Shown here piece after piece: positions 1 through 9,549 of a stretch of DNA of 64,000 bases. Each line of letters begins with the position of its first letter. The first letter of the stretch is position 1. The position numbers and the translations under genes are program-made. The notes under the pieces are model-generated. The model ran no database searches. It worked only from the letters and a program-made list of their open reading frames with translations, and was not told the origin of the DNA. This DNA comes from an uncultured Spirochaetota bacterium. GTDB lineage: Bacteria; Spirochaetota; Brevinematia; Brevinematales; JAOACQ01. The DNA is taken from positions 1,184,001-1,248,000 of the forward strand of contig CAVYGN010000001.1 of NCBI GenBank assembly GCA_963768055.1. Direction: 5' to 3'.

Positions 1-653
1 CCGATAAAATCGATATCTCCCGCATTGATCTTATTGAGGTAACCTTTATAATCAAGTATGTAAAACTCCATCCAGTAGTGATAATTACCGCCCCATACCC
101 AGATATCCATGCTCCTGACCTGACCGGGCAGAGGTAAAGGGCTTATTTCGCCCTCGCCCTGAGGTGAAGTGGGAAGAGTTGCGGTAGTAGCGGTACTGGC
201 ATTCGTCTGGTTAGATGCAGTAGTCGTAGTAGTCTGTTTAGCCGGTTCGGTGCCGGTGCCGCTTTTCATCGGATAAACTTCGATCCAGTTATATCCTTTC
301 CGGAGAAATTGCGCCTTTACCCCGAGGGACCATTTCTGTCGGGCGTCAACCAGTGTCGGAAGGCCGAGGGGCCTGGCTTCGACATAGGTCACGCCGCAGG
401 CTTTCGGATCCGGAGGGCTGAGCTCCTGGTTGGGATCGGTAGGCTTGGCGAACCTTGAGAACTTGGCGTTCCATTTAATGTTATTCGATTGGTCATTCTC
501 ATTCCCGAAGTCTGAAACCGGCAGGGTCTGAAGATTTACCGCGTTCTTTTCGGTGCCGGAAAAGCTGAAAGAATAGGAATTGTTTTTAGAAATTATGACA
601 AACGCCAGAAGCAATGATAACCATATTAATCCAACATGTCCTTTGTTACCCAT
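1..653 (-). CDS. flaA: Flagellar filament outer-layer (sheath) protein FlaA, 5' part; the 3' end runs off the window
   Basis: Not in the ORF track. Manual translation from ATG 653 (RBS AAGGAGAGG) is open to the window edge: signal peptide, then LGVKAQFLRKGYNWIEVYP...LPGQVRSMDIWVWGGNYHYWMEFYILDYKG...GDIDFIG, matching spirochaete FlaA motifs. Confidence 0.85.
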   Translation of the reverse strand, partial: MGNKGHVGLIWLSLLLAFVIISKNNSYSFSFSGTEKNAVNLQTLPVSDFGNENDQSNNIKWNAKFSRFAKPTDPNQELSPPDPKACGVTYVEARPLGLPTLVDARQKWSLGVKAQFLRKGYNWIEVYPMKSGTGTEPAKQTTTTTASNQTNASTATTATLPTSPQGEGEISPLPLPGQVRSMDIWVWGGNYHYWMEFYILDYKGYLNKINAGDIDFI

Positions 654-680
654 AGACCTCTCCTTAGATCTTATTTTGTT

Positions 681-1037
681 TTATAAAATTTGCTTTAATT
701 TATTATCGTCATCTACGCATACAATCTTCGCCTTCACCTCGGAAGCTTCTTTTTCATCAACGAGCCCGAAAGCCGCTATGATAATCCGGTCGCCAACCCT
801 GTTCAAATGCGCACCTGCCCCATTCAGGCAGATGATCCCGCTCCCGGTTTCACCCGGAATCGCGTAAGTAACAAGCCTGGAACCGTTTGTCAGATTCCAG
901 ACATGCACTTGTTCGTAAGGGTATATTCCCGAGGCCTTAAGAAGGCCTTCATCTATAGTAATACTTCCTATATATTCCAGATTTGTTTCCGTTACCACCG
1001 CCCGGTGTATTTTAGCCCTCAAAACTGTCAGCAGCAT
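681..1037 (-). CDS. panD: Aspartate 1-decarboxylase
   Basis: KIHRAVVT..LEYIGSITID (G-S self-cleavage site), NGSRLVTY, ICLNGAGAH; ATG at 1037. Confidence 0.95.
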   Translation of the reverse strand: MLLTVLRAKIHRAVVTETNLEYIGSITIDEGLLKASGIYPYEQVHVWNLTNGSRLVTYAIPGETGSGIICLNGAGAHLNRVGDRIIIAAFGLVDEKEASEVKAKIVCVDDDNKLKQIL

Positions 1038-1129
1038 CAATAATTAAGCCCCTCTTCAATTATTTATTTTAATATACAAAAACCTTTATGTAAAGAGCAA
1101 ATATAAAATTAATCATGGGCAACCGGCCG

Positions 1130-1981
1130 CTATTTAAGGCTTATATAATTTTTATCCGCTACTCCCCAATATCGGCCTTCTTTTTTTAAAACTTCATACT
1201 TGGCGTTTTTTAATTTATAATATATGTATATATTATAATTGTCCTGAGGAAGGAAATCATCGTCGACATTCATGCCGTTCCAGTACTTGGTGTACTGGGC
1301 CTGTCCGTTGACTATATCGATATTTTTAGCCTCTCCTATTATATAATCGCTATCCAGGATTTTTCCTTTTCCAACCGGCATGGCATAGATTATAAAATCG
1401 CAGTATTTATAATCCCTGGATTTCGATACCGCAACGAATGTCATTTTAACTAATTTTCGGGGAGCGGCGTTCTGGTTTGCCGTACCGCTGCCTATCATAA
1501 CAATAAGGCCGTTCCTGGCCTTCTCATTTTCTGCAGGCTGTTCTTTTATATTTATATTCTTTTCTTTTTTTACCTTATTTTTCTTCTGGATTTTTTTTAC
1601 AATAGACGGCTTTTCCACATTAGTATTTTCCTTAACAGGGCTTTGCTTTTTTATTTCGGTATTCATGGAAACCGTATTACTTTTATTCGTTAATGAACCT
1701 GCATTCTCCCCGACTTCGGGTTCGACTGCGAGAGGAGTTTTTTCATGTATTCCGGGCAGCTCATTTGTCATACTTCCGGGTTTCACCGGTTCGGTCATAT
1801 TTTCATTTGTATTGACATTTTCACTATTAGTATTGGTAGATACGAATTCTTCCCTGATATTTTCACTGAATATATCATTAGTTTGTTCGATTGACTTTTT
1901 TCCCCAGGGAAGATGAATTTTCTGACAACCCGAAGCGGAAACAATAAGAATACTAATGAAAAATATTGTTAATTTTTTCAT
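1130..1981 (-). CDS. Hypothetical lipoprotein with low-complexity linker and C-terminal FlgD-Ig-like domain
   Basis: Lipobox SASGC; N/T/E/K-rich linker; YWNGMNVDDDFLPQDNYNIYI resembles the WDG..G..lp.G.Y motif of FlgD-Ig domains; RBS GGAGG. Confidence 0.65.
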   Translation of the reverse strand: MKKLTIFFISILIVSASGCQKIHLPWGKKSIEQTNDIFSENIREEFVSTNTNSENVNTNENMTEPVKPGSMTNELPGIHEKTPLAVEPEVGENAGSLTNKSNTVSMNTEIKKQSPVKENTNVEKPSIVKKIQKKNKVKKEKNINIKEQPAENEKARNGLIVMIGSGTANQNAAPRKLVKMTFVAVSKSRDYKYCDFIIYAMPVGKGKILDSDYIIGEAKNIDIVNGQAQYTKYWNGMNVDDDFLPQDNYNIYIYYKLKNAKYEVLKKEGRYWGVADKNYISLK

Positions 1982-1989
1982 TAATCCTC

Positions 1990-3288
1990 CTATAAACCGA
2001 TTTTGGAATATCTATAAGAAAAGACCATTCCGCCGCTCATGACCTTCGGGTAAAGGCTGATAGAGTTGTAAGGCATCCATTTCCCCTTGTCAGCCAGCTC
2101 CAGCAGTTTGAAGGCGTTAATACCGTTTGTCAGAAAAGCCGCCTCAAATTGCCCGCTTTTAACGGCCTTAAAAGCTTCAGAGTCAGAATAGGCATAACCG
2201 ACTTCAGCATCATTGTTTGATTCGTTTATCCCGAGTAAAGGCCCGAAAATAACGGATTCAAGAACTTCACTGTCAGCCACATCCTCCTTGACGGGTATAT
2301 TCATATTCAGGATGAGAAATTTATCCGGCATTGCTCTTGTATATATTCCATAACAGATATTTCCCCGGATGATACTGTCGTTTAATACCATTCTCATTTT
2401 TTTAGCGGCAAGTTTCTCCGTATTCGAATCGGTAAAAGGCACTGCTGAAAGTTTGTATTTTTGTGTAAGGGCTTTGATGAAATCAGCCGGTTTAGTGTTA
2501 AAATTTTTTACGAGCCTGTTGACAGGATAAATACGCATTGCCTTGTCGTAGGCGTTGAATATATTCACAAGCACGTAATTGCAGGGTTCTTTGCCCGTAT
2601 GTTTTTCCCTGAGCAATGCAGCCACATCGTTTTTATATTTCAAAGCCGCTTCATACCTGTAATCGTCTATAATATAAAGGATTTTCTCAGAGAAATATTT
2701 TATTATGTCATTTTTAAGATTGATATCTTCTACCCTGTTAATTATGTTTAAATTTCCGTCAATATCGGAAAAATTCAATACGGTCTTGACTGCCCCGTCT
2801 TTTTTAGGGTTAATCAAAGAAATCAGGCTGTTGGAACTATCCTTGATAAGGCAGACAACCGGTTCAAGATTAAATTGAGTCTCTTTTAAAAGGCTGTATT
2901 TATCATCTCTGTACTTTTCAATAGTTTTTTCCTGTTTTTTTATCTTACCGTCATAGTCTTCGATCTTCAAAAGCCCTATTACACCGAATCTTTTGTATTC
3001 CACCCCGTCCAGAAGAACATTCTGTTCATTAATATAAAGCGAAGGTGTATTATCTACTACTAAAATATCCCTAAGCAGCCATCCGTATAGTTTATGAACT
3101 GCATTCTTGTATTTTCCAACTCCCTCGCCCTCGCTGTATATGGCGTTACAGAAATTGTTTCCGTTTTCCCTTAATTTCAGGATCCTTTCATCGTTAAGAA
3201 AATCAGTCGAGGGACAGACCAATTCATTAATTTTATTGGATTTATCCGGGTTGTAATATATACCGGAAAAAGGCACAATCTCAGCCAT
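1990..3288 (-). CDS. DUF1015 family protein (divergent)
   Basis: N-terminal MAEIVPFSGIYYN, HE.T-like KQEKT, C-terminal MPYNSISLYPKVMSG; the usual IADGHHRY reads IIDDYRY. Confidence 0.8.
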   Translation of the reverse strand: MAEIVPFSGIYYNPDKSNKINELVCPSTDFLNDERILKLRENGNNFCNAIYSEGEGVGKYKNAVHKLYGWLLRDILVVDNTPSLYINEQNVLLDGVEYKRFGVIGLLKIEDYDGKIKKQEKTIEKYRDDKYSLLKETQFNLEPVVCLIKDSSNSLISLINPKKDGAVKTVLNFSDIDGNLNIINRVEDINLKNDIIKYFSEKILYIIDDYRYEAALKYKNDVAALLREKHTGKEPCNYVLVNIFNAYDKAMRIYPVNRLVKNFNTKPADFIKALTQKYKLSAVPFTDSNTEKLAAKKMRMVLNDSIIRGNICYGIYTRAMPDKFLILNMNIPVKEDVADSEVLESVIFGPLLGINESNNDAEVGYAYSDSEAFKAVKSGQFEAAFLTNGINAFKLLELADKGKWMPYNSISLYPKVMSGGMVFSYRYSKIGL

Positions 3289-3657
3289 ATTGACCCCTTA
3301 TAATAATAATAAATGATTATGATTTGATGAGTACATTTGAAATATTACGACTCCTAATTCCTTATCGGATTTTTACATAATAATGATAAGCCGGCCCAGC
3401 AGTTTATTCAGAACTGGCCTGATAAGACCTTACTTTGCGGAATTCCATTTATTATGACATAATATTTTAAGCAATTTTTTAAAAAAATAAAGTTTTTATG
3501 AATTAGCGACTGGAATTAAATTAGGGCCCTTCTAATAACCGCCTTTTCATCGGGCAAGCCGGTACAAGCAAGGCGGCAAGGTTGGCCCATAGGGCGGTTT
3601 CATTTTGATTAGAACATTATTTATTAATAACATAGTTAGTTTTTGGAACCGCCCTTT

Positions 3658-4269
3658 ATGATCAGGGTAATCGCGGCTACTCACAATCAGGGTAAAATTA
3701 AGGAAATAAGGCATATTCTTTATCCTGTCGATGTCATTTCCCTCTCTGATATAGGATTCTTTGAAGAAATCCCTGAAACCGGCAAAACATTTTATGAAAA
3801 CGCCCTTCTGAAAGCTTCTCAAATCAGGGAGCATTTCAAGATCATATATCCTGACGCATATATTCTTGCTGACGACTCAGGGCTTGAAATCGAAGCCCTG
3901 CATGGAAGGCCCGGAATTTTATCGGCACGCTACGGGGGTGAAAATTCAAATTTTGAAACCAAGATCATGATGGTTCTTTCAGAAATGTCGGAAGTCCCTA
4001 AAAAAAATAGAAAAGCAAGATTTGTTTGTTCAATGGTGCTGTTATCTCCGGATGGAGGAATATATCACTGCGAAGGATATTGCATCGGCAGAATAAGTGA
4101 GACAAGCCGGGGGTCGAACGGCTTCGGTTACGACCCCATATTTTTAATAAAAGAATTAGGATACAGGAAAACCATGGCGGAAATCCCCGATAGATTAAAA
4201 AATGAAATTTCTCACAGAAAAAAGGCCCTTGACGGGATAAAAAAAATTATCGGCAAAATGGAAATATAA
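3658..4269 (+). CDS. rdgB: RdgB/HAM1 non-canonical purine NTP pyrophosphatase
   Basis: ATHNQGKIKE, ETGKTFYENALLKA, ADDSGL, GFGYDPIF, ISHR; start moved to ATG 3658. Confidence 0.95.
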   Translation: MIRVIAATHNQGKIKEIRHILYPVDVISLSDIGFFEEIPETGKTFYENALLKASQIREHFKIIYPDAYILADDSGLEIEALHGRPGILSARYGGENSNFETKIMMVLSEMSEVPKKNRKARFVCSMVLLSPDGGIYHCEGYCIGRISETSRGSNGFGYDPIFLIKELGYRKTMAEIPDRLKNEISHRKKALDGIKKIIGKMEI

Positions 4270-4913
4270 TGAAAAAGAACGAATTATTATTTCAGATCGG
4301 TGCGCTTGTAAAGGAAGAATGGGTTTACAGGGAAGAATTTAAAGCCGGCAATGAAAAAGCCATTAAATTCGAGGAACTTGAAACCGCATGTTCTAATTGT
4401 AAAAAATGCGTCCTTTATAAAACTGCTAAAAATCTTGTTTTTTCAGACGGCAGCCCCGATGCTTCGCTTGTTTTCATCGGTGAAGCGCCCGGAGCGGATG
4501 AGGACGAACAGGGAAAACCCTTTGTCGGCAGGGCCGGTAAGCTTCTTACAGCGACTATAGAAAAATCGGGCCTTTCAAGAAGCGAAGTTTATATCTGCAA
4601 TATTTTAAAACACCGGCCTCCCGATAACAGGAACCCCCTTCCCGATGAAATCGAAGCATGTTCTCCTTACCTTGTTGAACAATTGGCTTTGATCAAACCC
4701 AGAATTATTGTTACCCTGGGCAATTTTTCCACAAAATTTTTACTCGCGACCGATGAAGGGATAACAAAGCTGAGGGGAATCATGAAAATCTCGCCGTGGG
4801 GTTATAACGTGATACCTACCTACCATCCGGCGGCTGTTCTTCGTAATCCGAATCTCCAGCCTGTAATGGAAGGAGATATTAAAAAGGCTATAGAAGAGTG
4901 CCGTTCAGGATAA
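4269..4913 (+). CDS. Uracil-DNA glycosylase family 4 (Fe-S type)
   Basis: CxxCxxC..., GEAPG, PFVGRAG, RPPDNRNP, TYHPAA; overlaps the rdgB stop (TAATG). Confidence 0.93.
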   Translation: MKKNELLFQIGALVKEEWVYREEFKAGNEKAIKFEELETACSNCKKCVLYKTAKNLVFSDGSPDASLVFIGEAPGADEDEQGKPFVGRAGKLLTATIEKSGLSRSEVYICNILKHRPPDNRNPLPDEIEACSPYLVEQLALIKPRIIVTLGNFSTKFLLATDEGITKLRGIMKISPWGYNVIPTYHPAAVLRNPNLQPVMEGDIKKAIEECRSG

Positions 4914-4914
4914 T

Positions 4915-6291
4915 TCAATCAATCATTCTGTGTAGAAGGACACTGTTAGTATATTCATCCATTATAGATTGAAGATAGGCGATGTCAGCCTGGTAGTATA
5001 ACATTTCCATTCCGTTTACTTCTGCCACCGGCGAAGCCCAAATCTTATATCGCTTCTGCGCCATATCGTATCCGTCAAGTGCTTTATTCATAATGTCCCT
5101 CTGGCTTATCACAATTTTTTCCCCATTCCTTTCCTCATCGTATAAGTTCCTGATCTGGTAAAAAATAGAATCGGAAACCTGTTTTTTAATCCATTCCAAT
5201 TTTTCTATGTTGTCGCCTGCTTCTTTAATGGCATTTGCTGTTTTTGAAACGGGAAAAAGATCGTCAATGGGCATGACAAACTGGAGTCCTGTATTCCATC
5301 CGGGGAGCCACTGTCTTTCTGTGTCGAGATAATTCTGTTTTTTATAGTCGTAAGTGTAGTTGAAAAAAGCGCTAAGGATCGGCCATCTTGATGATTCCGC
5401 AACTTTAAGAGATAGTTTTCCCATTTCAATAGATATGTCCAGCGTTTTAAGAGTTATATTATTGGACATGGTATTCGAGATTGCATTTTCCAGAGTAACT
5501 TCTTTATCGATTATATTTGTCAGGCTGTAAAAATCGCCGAGAAATTCAGCGTTACCGGGATAATTCAACCCCATTTCCTCGCAAAGGGCATTCCTGGCCT
5601 CGAATTCCGTATTAGAAAGTTTTATAAGAAGCGGAATGGTATTTTTATACTGCACCTCCGAGCTTATCTTGTCGAACTCGGAAATATACCCTCCGCTGTA
5701 ATTGGATATCGTCTCAACAAAACGGGAAAGAAAATGCCGGCTTAGTTCAGCCGTGAGGCTTATATTTTCATTTATGAAAAGCAGACTGTAAAAAAGTATC
5801 CTGACCCTTGCCGCAACATCGTTGCGTTTATCTTTTAATGAAAGCCCTGCCGCTTCAAGATTTATCTTTTTAAGGTCCATGGAATTCAAGTACCTGAATC
5901 CTGCAAAAAGGGGTTTCGATATGCCCAGGCTCATCGAATAATTGTCGGGAAAAACGTTTGTAATTTCATTTGAAACAATATTAAATCCGGGGGGAGTTTT
6001 GGCCGATTCTATGCTCGGCATATTGATCACAGAAGACTGGACAGAACCCGGGTTTAAGAGATTAACCCCGGCGTTAAAAGCAATCGAAGGGACCCAGAAA
6101 TCTCCCATGCTCTGGTCATATTGGGCCTGTGCTATTTTTAGATCCGTTTCATACTTTTTTATTTCGGTGTTGTTCTTAAGAGCTGTTTCCAGGGTGTTAT
6201 CCAACGTATAGGTAATAGTTTCAGCGCCGGATATTTCTAATGCTGCTACAGCCATTAATAATATAAACAATAATCTTAAAGACTTTTTCAT
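4915..6291 (-). CDS. TolC-family outer-membrane efflux protein
   Basis: Signal peptide; two OEP-like repeats (TLDNTLETALKNN; SSRWPILSAFFNY); last gene of the efflux operon; start at ATG 6291 after AGGAGG. Confidence 0.85.
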   Translation of the reverse strand: MKKSLRLLFILLMAVAALEISGAETITYTLDNTLETALKNNTEIKKYETDLKIAQAQYDQSMGDFWVPSIAFNAGVNLLNPGSVQSSVINMPSIESAKTPPGFNIVSNEITNVFPDNYSMSLGISKPLFAGFRYLNSMDLKKINLEAAGLSLKDKRNDVAARVRILFYSLLFINENISLTAELSRHFLSRFVETISNYSGGYISEFDKISSEVQYKNTIPLLIKLSNTEFEARNALCEEMGLNYPGNAEFLGDFYSLTNIIDKEVTLENAISNTMSNNITLKTLDISIEMGKLSLKVAESSRWPILSAFFNYTYDYKKQNYLDTERQWLPGWNTGLQFVMPIDDLFPVSKTANAIKEAGDNIEKLEWIKKQVSDSIFYQIRNLYDEERNGEKIVISQRDIMNKALDGYDMAQKRYKIWASPVAEVNGMEMLYYQADIAYLQSIMDEYTNSVLLHRMID

Positions 6292-6305
6292 GCCTTTTCC
6301 TCCTT

Positions 6306-7235
6306 TCAAACAAGCTTTGTTTTCCTTACACTTGTTACAAATACGTCTTCAAGTGAAGGAAATATTTTATCTACACTGAAATTAGAGAATTTACTTTTCT
6401 TAAATGCTTTTTCAATCTTGGGAACGGCATCAAGGCCTTTATCGCAAAGAATATGAATATCGGCTCCGAAAATCGCAGCTTCATGTATGAAATCCAGGGA
6501 AGCTAACTCGTTAAAGGTTTCTATCAGGTTTTCAGTTTTTATTGAGTAAACGTCGAATTGGAGAGAGGATTTTAATCCTTCCGGCGAATCGAGTGCGATT
6601 ATCTTACCCCCCAGGATAAGGGCAATTCTGTCGCAGTGTTCTGCTTCATCCATGTAATGGGTTGTAACAAATACAGTCTTGCCCGCTTCGGAAAAAGTAT
6701 AGATAAGGTCCCAGAAATTCCTCCTCATGATCGGATCGACGCCTGATGTCGGCTCATCGAGGAACAATATGCCCGGATAATGCAGTATAGCTCCCCCCAG
6801 AGCAAGGCGCTGTTTAATTCCAAGGGGAAGGTCTTTCATCATCTTTTTTTTCATATCCGTCATTTCCAACTGCCTGACAATCTCTTCTATCCTGTTATGC
6901 AGGACTTTTTCGGATAAACCGTAAATGGAACCGAAAAATTCAAGATTCTCTACAACCGAAAGGTCGTCGTACATTGAAAATCTCTGAGACATATAGCCGA
7001 TACTTCTTTTTATATTGAACTGCTCTTTTACTATATCGAACCCGTTTACATGGCCGGACCCGGAACTCGGCGTAATTATCCCGCAGAGCATTTTAATCGT
7101 AGTGCTTTTCCCTGCGCCGTTAGGGCCTAAAAATCCGAATATCTCACCCTTTTTAACGCTGAAACTTATGTTATCTACCGCCGTAAAATGATCGAACTTT
7201 TTAGTAAGGGAGATCACATCGACTGCACCGTTCAT
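6306..7235 (-). CDS. ABC transporter ATP-binding protein (YbhF-like half)
   Basis: Walker A GPNGAGKST, LFLDEPTSGVDP, TTHYMDEAE; start at ATG 7235 overlapping the upstream TAA. Confidence 0.93.
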   Translation of the reverse strand: MNGAVDVISLTKKFDHFTAVDNISFSVKKGEIFGFLGPNGAGKSTTIKMLCGIITPSSGSGHVNGFDIVKEQFNIKRSIGYMSQRFSMYDDLSVVENLEFFGSIYGLSEKVLHNRIEEIVRQLEMTDMKKKMMKDLPLGIKQRLALGGAILHYPGILFLDEPTSGVDPIMRRNFWDLIYTFSEAGKTVFVTTHYMDEAEHCDRIALILGGKIIALDSPEGLKSSLQFDVYSIKTENLIETFNELASLDFIHEAAIFGADIHILCDKGLDAVPKIEKAFKKSKFSNFSVDKIFPSLEDVFVTSVRKTKLV

Positions 7236-8386
7236 TATTCCAGCCTCCTTCTGAATCTTACCACGCTCAGGTAAAATAGAAAGGAACCAAGAATAATCAG
7301 AGCCAGCAGATCTTTCCATAGTTCAAAGAAAGACGTCCCCTTAAGGAAAACTCCCCTTACTATTGTCACAAAATATGCCATTGGATTGATGTAAGTTATA
7401 TATTGAATCACCCTGGGCATAGCATAAATGGGAAAAACAAACCCTGAAAAAAGGGTTGAAGGAAGAAAATAAAGAAAAGTGGAAAGAAGGGCTTCCTGCT
7501 GGCTTTTCGAAATTGTTGAAATATATAGCCCTATTGAAACTGTCGATATAATAAAAAACAGAGAGGCGAAAAGCATGAAGAAGAAATTGCCTGCAAAGGG
7601 CACCTTAAACCAGAATATTGTAATTAGTGAAACTATAATAACGTCGAAAAAGCTTACCAGTATAAAAGGTACGGTCTTCCCTGCTATAAGTTCAAAAGGC
7701 CGTATGGGCGATACGATAAGCTGGTCTATAGTGCCGGTTTCCCTCTCTTTTACTATTGACATTGCTGTAAGTACGATCGTAACAAGGGAAACCACAAGTC
7801 CCAGAACAGCCGGAAGAAAAAAGTTCCTGCTGGAAAGATCCGGATTGAAGAAAACCCTTTCCTTCATATCAATATTTTGCCTGAACTTAACCCCCATAAT
7901 CCCCTTATTCAGAAGAAAAAGCCTTATTCTTTTATTTAAATAGTCGATTGAATACTGCATGGTTATCTGGTTTACATATGAAACGATAACAGCAGCCCTG
8001 CTTGAATCGGTTCCATCCACTATCAGCTGGACCTCTGAAATTTTGCCGGCTTTTATTTTTTTTGAAAAATCTATTCCCATATGCAGATAAACCTCCGCGT
8101 CGCCCCTGTCCATAATTTCATCCAGTTCACGCGGCGTATCTATTTCCCTGTAAACGGCGAAGTAACCCGAACCGGTGAATTTCTCAATAAGCTCCCTGCT
8201 CATCCGGCTCCTGTCTTCATCCAGGATTACCATCCTGACGTCTTTAACGTCGGTATTGACCGCATATCCGAACAACAGGAGCGAAATAATCGGGGCCGCT
8301 AATATGACGAGCCTCATTCTCGGATCGCGGAACATCTGCTTGAATTCTTTAATTAAAAACGATCTTAGTAAAGAAAATCGGATCAT
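7235..8386 (-). CDS. ABC-2 transporter permease (YbhR-like)
   Basis: KEFKQMFRD, SIVKERETGT, GKTVPF, hydrophobic C-terminal helices; start at ATG 8386. Confidence 0.92.
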   Translation of the reverse strand: MIRFSLLRSFLIKEFKQMFRDPRMRLVILAAPIISLLLFGYAVNTDVKDVRMVILDEDRSRMSRELIEKFTGSGYFAVYREIDTPRELDEIMDRGDAEVYLHMGIDFSKKIKAGKISEVQLIVDGTDSSRAAVIVSYVNQITMQYSIDYLNKRIRLFLLNKGIMGVKFRQNIDMKERVFFNPDLSSRNFFLPAVLGLVVSLVTIVLTAMSIVKERETGTIDQLIVSPIRPFELIAGKTVPFILVSFFDVIIVSLITIFWFKVPFAGNFFFMLFASLFFIISTVSIGLYISTISKSQQEALLSTFLYFLPSTLFSGFVFPIYAMPRVIQYITYINPMAYFVTIVRGVFLKGTSFFELWKDLLALIILGSFLFYLSVVRFRRRLE

Positions 8387-8394
8387 ACTCCAGT

Positions 8395-9549
8395 TTATTC
8401 CTCCGGTAATTTCATAACTATGTTTCTTAGGCTTATAAAGCTTACAATAAATGCAAAAATAAAAAGGAAAACGATCTGCACCCACATAATTGTAAAACCT
8501 ATCCCTTTCAGCGCGATACCTTTCATGTATATGATCAGGTATTTGGCGGGGATCAGGTATGTAATGATCCGGACAAAGAACGGCATATTCTTTACAGGGA
8601 AAATGTACCCGGATAAAATAATAGAAGGAAGATATGTCAGGATTACCGCCAGCTGTACCGAAAGGACCTGGGATTTAGTCGCCGAGGATATGAAAATTCC
8701 GAGGCTTGAAGCGCCGATAAGGAAAAGGAGCGCGACAAGATATAACTCCAGAAAACTGCCCCTGATCGGAGCCTGGAAGACAAAATAACCTAAGCAAACA
8801 GAGACAATCAGGTCGAACAGGGCTATGAATACATAAGGAAACAGCTTCCCTATAAATATTTCATGGCGCCTCAAAGGGGTAGTAATCAGGCTTTCCATCG
8901 TCCCCCTTTCCCATTCCCTTGATATGGTGAGACTGGTTATCAGGGCCGATATAATGGACATAATGATTACAATGATGCCCGGGACAATATAATTCCGGCT
9001 TTTCAACTCCGCATTATACCAGATCCTAGTCCTTATATCGATCGGCAGCATGAGAGAAGAAAGGCCGAAAAGGTTCATTTCGCTTATCTTATTGTTCCTG
9101 TTGAATTCAAAAAGGATATTATTCACATAACCGAGCGCGACTGTCGCTGACGTCGAATCGGATCCGTCGACAATCAGCTGAATATCGGCTTTCTTGCCGG
9201 TTTTGAATTTTTGTTCGAAATTTTCAGGGATAACTATCGCTATGACTATGGCGCCGTTATTTATCAATCTATCTATTTCTTTATATTTCGAAACATATTT
9301 GTATAAGGAAAAATATTCTGTATGGAAGAAATTTTCAAGGAACTTCCTTGAAAATGCGGTTTTATCCTGATCGAAAACGGCGAAACTCACATGCTTGACA
9401 TCCATCGAAAGGGCGTATCCGAAAAGCAGGATCAGAAACACGGGTAGAATCAGAGAAAGTACCAGGCTCCTGAGATCCCTTCTAATTTGTATCCATTCTT
9501 TACCCGCTATCGCCCTCATCCTGCGTATGGATTTTATAAATAATTTCAT
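8395..9549 (-). CDS. ABC-2 transporter permease (YbhS-like)
   Basis: KEWIQIRRD, TISREWERGTME, GKLFPY; ATG 9549 overlaps the upstream TGA. Confidence 0.92.
   Translation of the reverse strand: MKLFIKSIRRMRAIAGKEWIQIRRDLRSLVLSLILPVFLILLFGYALSMDVKHVSFAVFDQDKTAFSRKFLENFFHTEYFSLYKYVSKYKEIDRLINNGAIVIAIVIPENFEQKFKTGKKADIQLIVDGSDSTSATVALGYVNNILFEFNRNNKISEMNLFGLSSLMLPIDIRTRIWYNAELKSRNYIVPGIIVIIMSIISALITSLTISREWERGTMESLITTPLRRHEIFIGKLFPYVFIALFDLIVSVCLGYFVFQAPIRGSFLELYLVALLFLIGASSLGIFISSATKSQVLSVQLAVILTYLPSIILSGYIFPVKNMPFFVRIITYLIPAKYLIIYMKGIALKGIGFTIMWVQIVFLFIFAFIVSFISLRNIVMKLPEE

Noticed and set aside
3361..3426. CTTATC...GATAAG pairing resembling the P1 helix of a SAM-I riboswitch upstream of DUF1015
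   Set aside because: The interior lacks the SAM-I core (AGAG, GAGGGA kink-turn, GCAACC, GTGC)
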